DNA of 64,000 bases from Octopus sinensis (taxonomy: Eukaryota): NCBI RefSeq assembly GCF_006345805.1, contig NW_021833655.1, positions 9,709 through 73,708 on the forward strand, read 5' to 3'. Below are positions 26,958-39,484 of the stretch, piece after piece; the stretch's first letter is position 1; every line of letters starts with the position of its first letter. Both the position numbers and the translations under genes were made by a program. The notes beneath the pieces were generated by a model. It saw only the letters and a program-made list of their open reading frames with translations, was not told the origin of the DNA and did not search any database.

Positions 26958-27380
26958 TATATATACATATATATATGGTGTAATTATAAACAGGGCAAAT
27001 TTTAGGCATTTCTCCGCAATATATGTATGTGTATATGTGTTACTGGGGTTGATGTAATTGACTGGTCCCCTCCCCCAAAATTCTGGCCCTTGTGCCTAGA
27101 GCAGAAATGAATATATGTGGGTGTGTGTATGTATATGATGAGAATTTTCATTGCTGCTTTCTGTCCCCTCTCATGATGCACCTAAACTCTGTATGTTTGA
27201 GAATGCCTTTGCTTTCTTTAGAATCCCAACTCACTCAGAACTCCTGGGTTTGTTTATAAAATGTTCTTACATTCCAATATCTATTATATAGCATTATGAT
27301 TAGATGGAATTTGTTGTGAGGGTTCTCTTAACGAATGCTCAGTGGAATTTGAGATGTACAGGGTTTGATGCTCTGTAGAG

Positions 27381-27909
27381 AAGTGGTTCTCAACCGGAGT
27401 CCATATGGCCCCTGAGGGTCCATATAAGATTTTTCCATGCAACAAAATAATAAATTGGGGATCTACAATAGTATTTTAAGGGCCCCTGAAAAAATGTTGC
27501 TTTAGATGTATCTCGTATTGGTATTTATTATAAGAAACAACGAAGTCCCTTTCTCTAACATTTCACAGAATTCAACCTACACAAGTAAATGTGTGAAAAA
27601 CAAAATAGGGATTTTGAAAGAAGTTTCTATAAAACTAGTTTTTAAACTTACGGAGATGTACTTGCAGAGCAAGTGACCTGATCTGAGATCATGTGCTGAA
27701 ACAAAAACAATTGCAGCATGGAAGGTGTTTATGAGCCATTTAAAAATGCACAAAAACCGTTAGATTCGAATTTGTTAAAATATCTTCATCACTTTGAAAC
27801 CATGACCTGTTCACTGACAAAATTCCGAAACATCAAATGGCTATGGGAGTCCACCAGAATGAAATAGTAATCAAAGGGTCCATAGCTAAAAATTGGTTGA
27901 AAACCCCTG
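27381..27909. mobile_element. hAT (Charlie-like) MITE
   Basis: Ends are aagtggttctcaacc / ggttgaaaacccctg, with an imperfect 8-bp TSD ctgtagag/atgtggag. Confidence 0.65.
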
Positions 27910-28429
27910 ATGTGGAGGCTTGCTGACCATTTTTTTTCCCTTTTTTCTAAGGGTATTTATTTGAATTTCTAAGCTGTTTCCACAGTCATTTTGTGTTCAA
28001 GAATTCCTTTATTTTTCACAGAATACCAACTCACCCGACAGTTCTAAGTTTGTTCACAAAGAAGTTTACTAATGTTGTTTTCATGTTTCCATATTCAAAA
28101 TTATTGAGACACGGAAAGCACTACCTGCATCGGATGCTTTTTTTATGTTTTTGCCTCAAGCTGTCTGGATATTGCATCCTTCAAAAATTCCATGCTTCCT
28201 GGAATTCACCAGCACTACTCCTGACATGTCTATGTACCATTTCCATTTTGCAGCCACACTTATATACACACACACACACACACACACATATGTGCACACA
28301 CGCATACATCTCTCGAACTGCCTGACTGAATTCCTCTTGACCCATGCAAGCATTGTAAAGTGGAAAATAAACTAATGATGATCTGTCTGTCTGTCTGTCT
28401 GTCTCAAAATGCATAATCATATATACATA

Positions 28430-28825
28430 TGCTCTTTTACTCTTTTACTTGTTTCAGTCACTTGACTGTGGCCTTGCTGGAGCACCCCTTTTAGTTGAAC
28501 AAATCAACCCCAGAATTTATTCTTTGTAAGCCAAGTACTTATCCTATTGGTCTCTTTTGCCAGACTGCTAAGTTACGAGGATGTAAACACACCAATATCA
28601 GTTATCAATTGATGGTGGGGACGACAAACACAAACACACGCATGCACGCACATATATGTATATGTGCAACGGGCTTCTTTCAGTTTCCATCTATCAAATC
28701 CCCTCACAAGGCTTTGGTTGGCTCGAGGCTATAGCAGAAGACACCCAATGTGCCACGCAGTGAAACTGAACCCAGAACCATGTAGTTGGTAAGCAAGCTA
28801 CTTACCACACAGTCACTCCTGTGCC
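28430..28825 (-). mobile_element. SINE family A, full length
   Basis: Reverse complement of the family A head, core and tail. Confidence 0.8.
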
Positions 28826-29570
28826 TATATATATATATATAAATATTTAATACATTTAATTACATTAATTCATTAATAGCGAAACAATTGTCCCAAAAAA
28901 TCTGTATTTTTGTTATTTTTTATTGCCCTGTCCGTGTGAGCTAACAGTCGTACTGACTTTCATGGAAACATGTATTTTCGTGGTTGAAACCTTTTGGATT
29001 AACTGGTGCTAGAGTGAGCAATATAGTGACCACTCTTATATATTATTTGTAAAAATATTATAATGTTATAAAATATATAATAATCCAGGTTTCTCGTAGC
29101 ACTAGGCCACTGGGTTGAATAAATATACTTTAATTAGTATCTAATTCTCTCACCACTATTAATTAATTATATATATATATATATATTCTTTTACTCTTTT
29201 ACTTGTTTCAGTCATTTGACTGTCACCATGCTGGAGTACACGCACGCACACATTTATATATATCATATATCCATAAACAGGGTCGCGAGCTGGCAGAATC
29301 GTTAGCACACCAGGCGAAATACTTAGCAGTATTTCGTCTGCCATTACGTTCTTAGTTCAAATTCCGCCAAGGTCGACTTTGCTTTTCATCCTTTTGGGGT
29401 CGATTAAATAAATACCAGTTACACACTGAGGTGGGGGGGGGGTCGATGTAATCAACTTAATCTTAGTCTGTCCTTGTCTGTCCCCTCTGTATTTGGCCCC
29501 CTGTGGGCAATAAAGAAATAATTATATATGCATAAATACATATGTATATATGCATATATATATATGTGTG

Positions 29571-29606
<36 letters not shown>

Positions 29607-30651
29607 TATACACAAACTCACACACACACACACACACCTAAATACATGCAATTCTTCTCTGCTCACTTATATAGATCAAACTAATGAGATTGGTCAATGG
29701 AATTTCTTATCTCCGAGGCCCAGTTTTACTCTTTACATGCATCTGCTTTTTCTTACGCTCCAGTTTCTCACCAGCACCCACCGCCCATACCCGTACCATC
29801 ATCCTGCCTTCGCAACTCCCCCTCTCTCTCTAAATCCACTACCTCCCCTTCACTCTTTCCCCTTCTTCCCTCCATTCATTTCATCACATGCACCAACCCT
29901 CCTCCCTCACTCTATTTCACTCGCTGTGCACCAAACCTCTCCTCCACCTCCTCCCCTTCTCTCTATTCATATTTTCACGTTTAGACAATAGGCTTCAGCC
30001 TTCCTTGTTATATTTCACCACCCCAACCCCCCTACCATATTTTCTTCTTCTTTTTCTTTCTCCTCTTCTTCTTCTTCTTCCTTAGCCCTGTGGGATTCAG
30101 TTTGAAATATCTGTTTCTTCTTCTTCTGCCTGCTGGCTTATGTGCCAGCTGGCTGGCTGGATGGAAGGATGGTTGGCTGGCTGACTAGCTTGTTGGTTGG
30201 CTGGCTAGCTTCTCCCCACCCGTCCCCACTCGCCACTTTCTCTTATGTGTGCTTATGTGTTTTATTGCTTGTGGGGGTGAATAAGTGAATATTATGCGTA
30301 TTTTGATTTCAGCAATCGTGTGTACATTTCTATATATATCTATATCTAAATTAGGCACAGGCATGGCTGTGTGGTAAGAAGCTTGCTTCCCAACCAAATG
30401 GTTCTGGGTTCAGTCCCACTGTGTGGCACTTTGGACAAGTGTCTTCTACTATAGTCCTAGGTTTGATAGACAGAAACTGAAAGAAGTGTATTGTATTTTC
30501 ATATATATGTGTGTATATAGTGTGTATCTGTGTGTATGTATGTATGTGTGTATGCATGCATGTTTGTAATGTGTGTGTGTGCATGTGTGTGTCCCTGCTT
30601 GTTTAGACATCACATGATGGTTGTAAACAAACATCGCCATAATCATGGCGT

Positions 30652-31280
30652 GCCAACACAGCACACGGAGTTCTGTTTTTGATTCGACGGTCATTCGGAA
30701 TGCTCACAGCAGCCATATTCCTACCACCATATGTCACGCTGGTGAGACCCATATTGGAGTACAGGATTCAAGCCTCTTCTCCTTATCTCCTCAAAGACAT
30801 ACATCATCTCGAAAAAGTCCAGAAGCTGGCTACCCGCATGGTTCTTGGTCTCAAGCATTTGTCTTATGAAGAAAGGCTGAAGACACTCGACCTTTATTCT
30901 CTAGAAAAACGCCGCCGCCGTGCTGATCTCATTCTCGCTCACAACATCATAAGCGGAAAGTGTAACCTCTCGAAAGAGCTGTTCTTCACTCCTGCTCCAA
31001 AGCGTCAGCTGCGGGGTCACTCCGAAAAGCTCTATCTGCGACGATTTCATCTCAATCGAAGGAGAGGGGCTTTCCCCGTCCGGGTTGTGGATCCGTGGAA
31101 TAAGCTGCCGGACGAGATAGTGAAGATGCCGACGACCACTTGGTTCAAAGACTCTCTTGACCAGAAATGGCCTGAACTCTTTGCATGAACACCCTCCCTG
31201 TACATAACTCCATGTCCCCCTACATGGCCTTGCTTTTGCTTTTTGAGCCCAAAAATTTACTTAACTTAACTTAACTAACT
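30652..31280 (+). mobile_element. CR1-clade LINE, 5'-truncated 3' end
   Basis: ORF 30679-31188 contains YVTLVRPILEY, LEKVQKLATRMV.GLKHLSYEERL, SLEKRRRRADLI, RGH..KL and RVV.PWN.LP. It has a (TTAAC)n tail at about 31258-31280 and is inserted inside a family-A SINE. Confidence 0.9.
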
Positions 31281-31469
31281 TATCATGCAAATGATGTTGG
31301 TTGTTTTTAATCTCCCATGGAAAACATATCAGGGGAGATGCTACCTTGCTTGAAAGTAATGGGGGTTGGTGACAGGAAGGTCATCCAGCTGTAGGAATGC
31401 TACATCAACAAATTGTTTGACCTGTCTAAGCATGGGACATTAAATTACGACAATAATTTGTGTGTGTGT

Positions 31470-31503
<34 letters not shown>

Positions 31504-31842
31504 GTGTGTGTATTTTCTATCTGTTGTCTTTTACTTGCTGCAATCATTAGACGGTGGCCATGCTGGAGCACCACCTCGAATTTTAGTCAAATGAGTTGAT
31601 CTCAGTGTTTATTTTCTTTTTTTTTAAAGACTGGTACATATTCTGTCAGTCTCTTTTGCCAAACTACTATGTTACAGGGATGTGAACACACCAACACCAG
31701 TTGCGAAGCAGTGGAGAAAAACATGGATGGATACACACACACACACATACACACATCTATCTATCTGTCTGTCTGTCTATTTCTCTCCCTCTGTCTCTTT
31801 CTCTCTCTCTCTCTCTCTCTCCATATATATATATATATATAG

Positions 31843-31877
<35 letters not shown>

Positions 31878-32518
31878 GTATATATATATATGTATATATA
31901 TATGTATATATATATATATATATATAATATATATATATATATATTATATATATATATTATATTTATGTATATGTTGAGGGACAAGCACAAAAACATGTAC
32001 ATATAGACACACACACACACATACATGTACGTACACACACACACACACACACACATGTGCACGCGTGTTGATATAAATGTATTATTCATTCTGTTACAGA
32101 GATGCTCGCATGTATATATTTATACATCAACTTTGAACTTTCAGTTGTTAAATGTATTTCTATCAAAGGGAGTTCACTCTAATTGAATTATTCCCTTTTT
32201 TCCTAACGTGCACTTTGAACAGAAAAGTGAATTAGAAGCATAAACTAGTAAATACATACCATAATGAAAGTAAACCAAACGTTTGTTTAATAGGGACTTT
32301 TCTGTCTCCCCTATTGTGATATCTGTACTGAACTTATCGATTTGTTAAGGGATTGTGGGCAGATTGGTTCTTTGTTTCTCTTACTTAAATGTAGAATGCA
32401 ATTTTTAAGAGAAAATGAAAAAATAGTAAATAAAAACATGGAAGAAATTAAATAAATATGTAAACAAAAATGGAATAACGGAGAATATATGTGTTCAAAG
32501 TATTGGAATTATATGTTA

Positions 32519-32948
32519 CTAGCAGCATAGCCTGGCGTTGCCCGGGTATGTAAGAGCCCCTAGTAGGCAACGACTAATCCCAATCTAGTCCTTTCCCCCT
32601 AGGGAACGAAGGCGCATGTGTAGGTTGCAATGTCTTCTCTTCACTCGAATACTTCTGTGTATACGATTTTCCTAGCTGTCGCTTTGGGCGATAAAAAGGT
32701 CGAGTTGTGTCCCCTAGACAGAAAATGTGTTGCATATAAAAAACTTAGATTCTCAACCCCATGTCGAATTTATCGTTTTTTTTCAGAACTGGGGGAACTT
32801 TTCAAAATTTTCGGTGCGTTAGTTTTGAATTATGACATTGGGCTATGTGTGGTCAAGTTTCATCAGAATCGGTTGAAAGCCGTGGTCAGGGTGAGGGTAC
32901 AACCTGACAGACAACAGACAGACAAACTGCCGTTTATATATAGAGAGA
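32519..32948 (-). mobile_element. Non-autonomous Helitron, both ends intact
   Basis: The minus strand starts TCTCTCTATATATAAACGG and ends with a GC-rich hairpin (cccgggcaacgccagg, 32531-32546) followed by CTAG. It is inserted between A and T. Confidence 0.85.
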
Positions 32949-33502
32949 TTTCTGTTGGGATATATTGTAGATTATCCTATTTTTGTTTTTTTAGTAGGTT
33001 CCTTCGCCTGTGGGGGCATGAAGACATTAATTCTGTGAGGCAGTTTAATAATTTGGTATTTTCTTATTTTGTAAAGATCAATAGCTTTTTCCATAAATAT
33101 GAAAATGAAAAATGAAATGTCATCAAGAGTGTTTACAGAATCGGGATTATGTTATTTCTTTTGGGATCTTTCGAATCTTTTTAGTAGGCATTTTCATGCG
33201 TGCGAGTATGAAGAAATGAATTTTTTTGGTTCAAGATTGACAGCTTTTCCATAAATATGAAAATGAAAATGAAATGTCAGTGTTTATGGTTTGGGGGGTC
33301 AGGTGTTATTTCTATTGGGATGCATCTATGTTTTTTGTTGGTTTTTTTTTTTTTTCCTTTTGGTAGGTATCTTCACATGTGGGAACACGAAGAAATTAAT
33401 TCTGCGAGGCAATTTAATAATTTGGCAAGATATTTTTGTTGAAGAGTGATAACTACCCCTTAGTGCAAAGATTACAAAATTTTGATTGCACGCTAATAAT
33501 GT

Positions 33503-33915
33503 ACAGTTTGTTCCACTGAAAACAGGTACCATGAATTGATATTTTTTGTCCTATGAGGTACTATGGGAGGACTTTGCTTTTCATCCTTTCGGGGTCGATA
33601 AATTAGGTACCAGTTACACACTGGGGTCGATGTAATCGACTTAATCCATGTGTCTGTCCTTCTTTGTCCCCTCTGTGTTTAGCCCCTTGTGGGTAGTAAA
33701 GAAATAGGTACTATAGGAGGTAGAGTTTGTCCTTGTAGGAATAGGTACCATGAATTGGTGTTGTTTGCTTGAGTTGTGAACAGTATTATGTGAGGTACAG
33801 TTTGTCCTAGCTATAAATAAGTACCATGAGTTGGTACTGTATACTCTACTTTTAGATAGGTATTATTAGAGGTACAGTTTGTACATAAGAGTAAACAGGG
33901 ACCCATGAACAGGTA
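33503..33915 (+). repeat. Degenerate 76-bp minisatellite interrupted by a SINE B
   Basis: Units gtacagtttgt...aggtaccatga occur at about 33503, 33719, 33795 and 33871. Confidence 0.7.
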
Positions 33916-34537
33916 CCATGTGTCAGCATCAGTCACTTCTACAAAGAAACAAGGCATTTACATAACAGACAAGGGTTTCATCAGCTGCAACGGGCTGAAC
34001 TGAACTCCAGCTCAATCTCCCAAAAGGGTTTACCGGGGAAAAGACAGATCCAGCTCTTACCTACCAATAACTTCCACCCCAAAGCACCAAACGCCCCCAC
34101 TTCACTCCACCCATTTCTCCCGTTCCTCACTGAACTGAACTGAATGCAGCTAATCACCCCCATTGATGCGACACGACATGAAAGATAAACAAAATATTGA
34201 GGTGATTCAACTAGCGATGATGTTATGATGCTCTCTAATGAGGCTGCATTGAGTGAGGAGCTGGCAACCCTTTCATCTGTCTTGTGTCTCTTCATTTAGT
34301 GACCGTTTCCTTCTTAATTTAGATGTGTGTGCTCCCATTTTGTTCTCTCTTTTTTCCTCTCTCTTTTCTGCATAAGGCGCTAATTTGTAATTTGAGACTT
34401 CCTCGATCTTGCGGAGTTTTCATTTTCATATTTTGGTATTTTTATGGGGTTTTTTTTTTCTTTAATTTTCATTTGATGTGACATTTCATGAAGAATAAAA
34501 TCATTGGCTGCAGTTTTCCCATTGGACCAGTTATTGG

Positions 34538-34825
34538 TTCGTTGCATCCTGTGATGGTGAGAATGATAAGGGAGTGTCTAGGAAACTCGGGCAGAACAAA
34601 TGTTACAAGGTATTTTAATACCAAGGTTTTTTAGTTTGAATCCAAACCACCGATGCTGAGATTTTGTTGCCAGTTTTTATTTTTCGTTGCATCCTGTGAT
34701 GGTGAGAATGATAAGGGAGTGTCTAGAAAACTCGGGCAGAACAAATGTTACAAGGTATTTTAATACCAAGGTTTTTTAGTTTGAATCAAAACCATCGATG
34801 CCTAGATTTTGTTGCCAGTTTTTTT
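34538..34825. repeat. 145-bp tandem duplication of unique sequence
   Basis: 34538-34682 and 34683-34825 are near identical (ttcgttgcatcctgtgatgg...gttgccagttttt). Confidence 0.95.
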
Positions 34826-35439
34826 GTTTTTTCTTTACATTATTTGCCATTGTATAATGTAGAAAACTGTACAAATTGACAATGTGAGCACACACACACA
34901 CATCTACATACACATATATATGTGTGTAGACACAGAGATACATACCTGCACACATATATACATACACAAATATATATGTATACACATGTGCATGTTCGTG
35001 CCTATACTCACATACACACACACATGCACGCATGCACATATATATATATATACATGCACATACATGTATACACATGCATACATATAATGGCGGTGCTCCA
35101 GAATGGCTATTTTTCGCTTGCTGGAACTGGTAAAAGCATACATGTGTACTCATACATATATATTTGCATGTGTGTGTATGTGTGGGGGGTATCCTTTGTC
35201 TTAACATCACATGATAGTTGTAAACAAGTTTCACTGCCACACAAGTAGAGTCTTTCACTTCCAATCTTCCATGAAAACATGTCAAGTCACAGAGGGAGAC
35301 ACTTCCTTGTTGGTGGGAAACAAGTGGGAGTTGGCAAGCAAAAAGGGAAGATGACCATAGAAAATCTGTCTTGGTGAGACCCGTATGATTCATGCCAGCC
35401 TGGAAAAGAGGATGTTGGAAATGACAACAACAGTGACAA

Positions 35440-35446
35440 CGGCAAC

Positions 35447-35516
<70 letters not shown>

Positions 35517-36125
35517 GTGGTGATGGTGATGGTGATGATGGTGGTGATGGTGATGGTGATGGTGATGATGGTGATGATGACAATGATGATGGTTATGATG
35601 ACAGCAATAGTGATGACAATAATAATGGTGATGATGGCGATGACAATGATGATATTGATGATATGATGATATTGATGATATTGATTATGATGATGATGAT
35701 GATGGTGGTGATAACAGTAATAATTGTGTCGATGGTGATGATGACGATGGTGATGACGATGACGATGATGATGATGATGATGATGACAATGGTGATGATA
35801 ATGATAGTGATGATAATAACAATGATGACAGTGATGATGAAAACAATGACGAGCACAGCAGCAACAAGGCTGATGACATAGGATAAGGAATGTGGCATGG
35901 GGAAAGACCCAATTTATGCCATTGTGGTAATAATAATAATTTAACCTTAAACTAAATGATGGTGGATGAAAGTTTTACAGAATGGTAGAGTATCAAGTTC
36001 ATGTCAAGACTGACAGGCAGTGGTGGTGGTGGTGGTGGTGGTGGTGTTGGTGGTGGTGGTGGTGGTGGTGGTGGTGGTGGTGGTGGTGGTGGTGGTGGTG
36101 TTGGTGGTGGTGGTGGTGGTGGTGG

Positions 36126-36174
<49 letters not shown>

Positions 36175-36224
36175 GGTGGTGGTGGTGGTGGTGGTAGTAG
36201 TAGTGGTAGTAGTAGTATTAGTAT

Positions 36225-36264
<40 letters not shown>

Positions 36265-36270
36265 CATGGT
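35440..36270. repeat. (GAT)n, (GGT)n, (GTT)n, (AGT)n compound microsatellites
   Basis: Direct inspection. Confidence 0.95.
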
Positions 36271-36504
36271 GGCAGTGGGGCAAGGGTTTTCCCAGTTTGT
36301 GCAACGGAAGACAAATACTCACACATGCTCACACACATATATACACACGCACACACACATACACACACACATATGCATATACACATACACATGAATAGAG
36401 ATGCAACACTTCAATGTATGTGCACAGAGATATATCCATATACCTACACACACACATGCATGTATGCACAAATATACAAACCATTGCTTACATAGTCATA
36501 CACA

Positions 36505-36845
36505 TATACATCATGCCAGTGGCATGTAAAAGGGCACCATTCGAGCGTGATCGTTACCAACATCGCCTTACTGACACCTGTGCTGGTGGCATGTGTAAAA
36601 AGATTCGAATGAGGTCATTGCCAGTACCGCCTGACTGGCCCCCGTGCCGGTGGCACGTATGAAGCACCCACTACCTTCTCGGAGTGGTTGGCATTAGGAA
36701 GGGCATCCAGCCGTAGAAACTCTGCCAAATCAAGATTGGAGCCTGGTGCAGCCATCTGGTTCGCCAGCCCTCAGTCAAAATCGTCCTACCCATGCTAGCA
36801 TGGAAAGTGGGCGTTAAACGGTGATGATGATGATGAACGATGATG
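36505..36845 (+). mobile_element. Retroposon family E (RTE-type 3' tail ending in (ATG)n)
   Basis: Contains ggttggc.ttaggaagggcatccagccgtagaaa and ends acccatgctagcatggaaa..cgttaaa(tga)n. Other copies: 7455-7560+, 12110-12390-, 12680-12945+, 22310-22495-, 26840-26920-, 40915-41100+, 47580-47830-, 48060-48200-, 49230-49290+, 62835-63025+. Confidence 0.8.
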
Positions 36846-37444
36846 TGTGTATAGACACGTTACACATGCACACACATATACAGACACGTGCATAGAATCA
36901 TACACATATACAGATACATGCATAGAGACACATCCATGCATGAACTTGTACACAAAGAGACTCACCTATGCACACACATACACATGCATGCACAGATACA
37001 CACACACACACATGCACAGGCGTGCCTATACATGCACATATGTGCCAGACATACCTATACATGCACACATATGCATGTGTATGCACACATATTCATACAC
37101 ATGCAAAAAGAGAAATATATATATATGTAATACACACATGCATGGGAGAAGTCATCTTCTGGCTGAATAAGACCACTTCCTAAATTCCGTTGAGTCCATG
37201 CAAACATTCCGAGAGTTCATGAAGTTCCTGTGCAGGAATTTGTTCTGAGTGGATAAAGTGTTGCACAGCACTGAATCCACTTGTCAGCGCCAATCAGCTG
37301 CAAAACCAGCGGCACAGTAGAGGTTGAGACAACCAACAGTACTTCAGTTTTTTTAATACAAATTTACCTCCTCCAAGAATATGTGCGTGTCTGTATAATT
37401 TATATGTGTATGTGTGTGTGTGTGTGTATAATTGGTATATATAT

Positions 37445-37598
37445 ATGTGGCTGTGTGGTAAGTAGCTTGCTTCCCAATCACATGGCTCCAGGTTAGTCCC
37501 ACTGCATGGCACCTTGGGCAAGTGTCTTCTGCTATAGCTTCAGGCCGACCAAAGCCTTGTGAGTGGATTTGGTAGACGGAAACTGAAAGAAGCCCATC

Positions 37599-37646
<48 letters not shown>

Positions 37647-37860
37647 GTGCATATGTGTTTGTGTCTGTTTGTCCCTCCAACATCGCTTGACAACCGATGC
37701 TGGTGTGTTTATGTCCCCATAACTTAGTGGTTTGGCAATAGAGATCGATAGAATAAGTACTAGGCTTACAAAGAATAAGTCCTGGGGTCTATTTGCTCGA
37801 CTAAAGGTGGTGCTCCAGCATCACCGCAGTCAAATGACTGAAACAAATAAAAGAATATAT
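37445..37860 (+). mobile_element. SINE family A, full length
   Basis: Colinear with other family A copies. Confidence 0.85.
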
Positions 37861-37898
37861 ATATATACTTTATTAAAAAGCAGCAAAAATATCACAAA

Positions 37899-37940
37899 AA
37901 CTGTTACTCAGAGTTTCACATTCCCGTTCATCGGACAGTT
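37899..37940 (-). ncRNA. Type I hammerhead-like motif (U4C core variant), left arm of inverted repeat
   Basis: Minus strand reads aactgt-CCGATGA-ACG-ggaa-TGT-GAA-ACT-ctg-AGT-A-acagtt. All three helices can form and the cleavage triplet is GUA. Confidence 0.7.
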
Positions 37941-38136
37941 ATTCCTAAATCGGACTGATTTCTGGATTAATCCATGTGGATTCTTCCTTCTCCAGCGAGA
38001 AACACAGTTAGAATAAATGGAACACTTACATATACGCACGGAAAAAGCAGATACCAAGTCATGAGTACATTTAAGTACCCTAATTATATCTAAGAATCCT
38101 TGTGGATTAATCCAGAAATCAGTCTGATACAGGAAT

Positions 38137-38176
38137 AACTGTCTGACGAACGGGAACGTGAAACTGAGTAACAGTT
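38137..38176 (+). ncRNA. Type I hammerhead ribozyme-like motif, right arm of inverted repeat
   Basis: aactgt-CTGACGA-ACG-ggaa-CGT-GAA-AC-tga-GT-A-acagtt. It has a canonical core, 6-bp stem I, 3-bp stem II with a GNRA loop, 2-bp stem III and a GUA triplet. Confidence 0.8.
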
Positions 38177-38664
38177 TTTGTGATATTTTTGCTGCTTTAT
38201 AATAAAGCATATTACTCTGCCTCTGGTATTTGAGTACTATTTTTTCCACCTTGTTTCACATTTATTTCCTTACTCTGGTATATATATATATATATATATA
38301 TATATGAGTGAAAGAAATGGATTTCATGAGATCTTTTATGCACGACAACTGTTTGTTCAGCATCTCACCTACAAGGTACCAGGGCACAATGGATTGAAAC
38401 AAGCATAGTGAATAATGAGTTTTGTGAATTCCATTTTCTTTCTCTCATATTTTTGTTGACTCTGTGGACACAAACAAATTCCTAAAGTAAATCCAGTGGA
38501 ATACTCCTCTCTACTGTTGATAACATCAGGTAACCAAGTACAGTGAATGAGCTAATGAGCTGAAGCTAGTAAAGAAAATGTGTGTGTGTGCGTGTGTGTG
38601 TGTGCATGTGCATGTGTGTGTATGTGTATATGTATGTGTGTATGTATGTATGTATGTATGTTCA

Positions 38665-39215
38665 TGTCAGATCACTTTCGAGTGCTACTGGTAATATGTA
38701 ACCCAGTACAACCTATTGCATGGTCGGGTCGTCAGCGACTAAACTGGCAACCCCACCAAGCTTGCTTAGTGAGGAGGGTGTTTATTGGACACTCTGTGGG
38801 ATGAAAAACAAAACCCATCAAAGGGCGGAGGAACTCTTGAGAGTCAACGGCCATCCAATAAATGTCTTAAGGCTGTATCATGCGTGGGGACATAGAAATT
38901 ATCGGACTGAATACCCAATCGCACGGTTAAACCATTGGGAGTGAAGGACTCCCAGCCTTTGTTAGGGTATCCTTCTAGAAGAAGGTAACTCAGGTAACTG
39001 GGATAACTCCGACATAAAACCTGCAGCTCAGTGGTTACCGATGATGTTGACTTGTTCTTCTTTTTGGATTATGGCTGCTGTTGCTCAGTGAGTGGGATTG
39101 ACTCAGTGCACAACCTTTCCTCACTTTAAAAAAAATATTCTTCCACAGGCATTGCACGACAACAACATTGATTAAGCTTCATGCAATGGCCATACTCGAT
39201 AACGAGGGGCAGCCA
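38665..39215 (+). mobile_element. Probable retroposon 5' region (RTE-like), unassigned
   Basis: Complex CpG-containing segment with taaactggcaacccc and ccttctagaagaaggtaactc motifs reminiscent of RTE 5' UTRs. No RT ORF is present. Confidence 0.35.
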
Positions 39216-39484
39216 CCATGTATGTATGTATGCATGCATATATGTATAGTAAAAAATGACTTGTGGATGGAAATTTTTAGACTTATTAATATACTGTGAC
39301 ATATACTTCTGCGTCCCACATGTTCATTTGTGAGGACTTTTTCACATCCATAGGATATTATTAAATATCGTTTATAACATCTGTGAAGTTTGAGTATTCC
39401 TCCATACCATGTATATGCTTCCTAGATATTTACATTAATGTAAACGCCCATACACACAGGTATATACACATATACCACATTTAA

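Larger units (their letters stand above)
37868..38280. mobile_element. Penelope-like element end with inverted pseudo-LTR (hairpin)
   Basis: Inverted arms at 37868-37985 and 38092-38207 (about 117 bp each) flank a spacer of about 106 bp. Each arm has a hammerhead motif, the right arm extends to about 38280, and both sides are (TA)n. Confidence 0.7.

Noticed and set aside
36020-36200. G-quadruplex in the (GGT)n tract
   Set aside because: Only two-tier potential, in a common microsatellite, with nothing locus-specific.
38700-38800. HDV-like ribozyme at a putative RTE 5' end
   Set aside because: I could not build the nested double pseudoknot by eye. It would need a covariance-model search.
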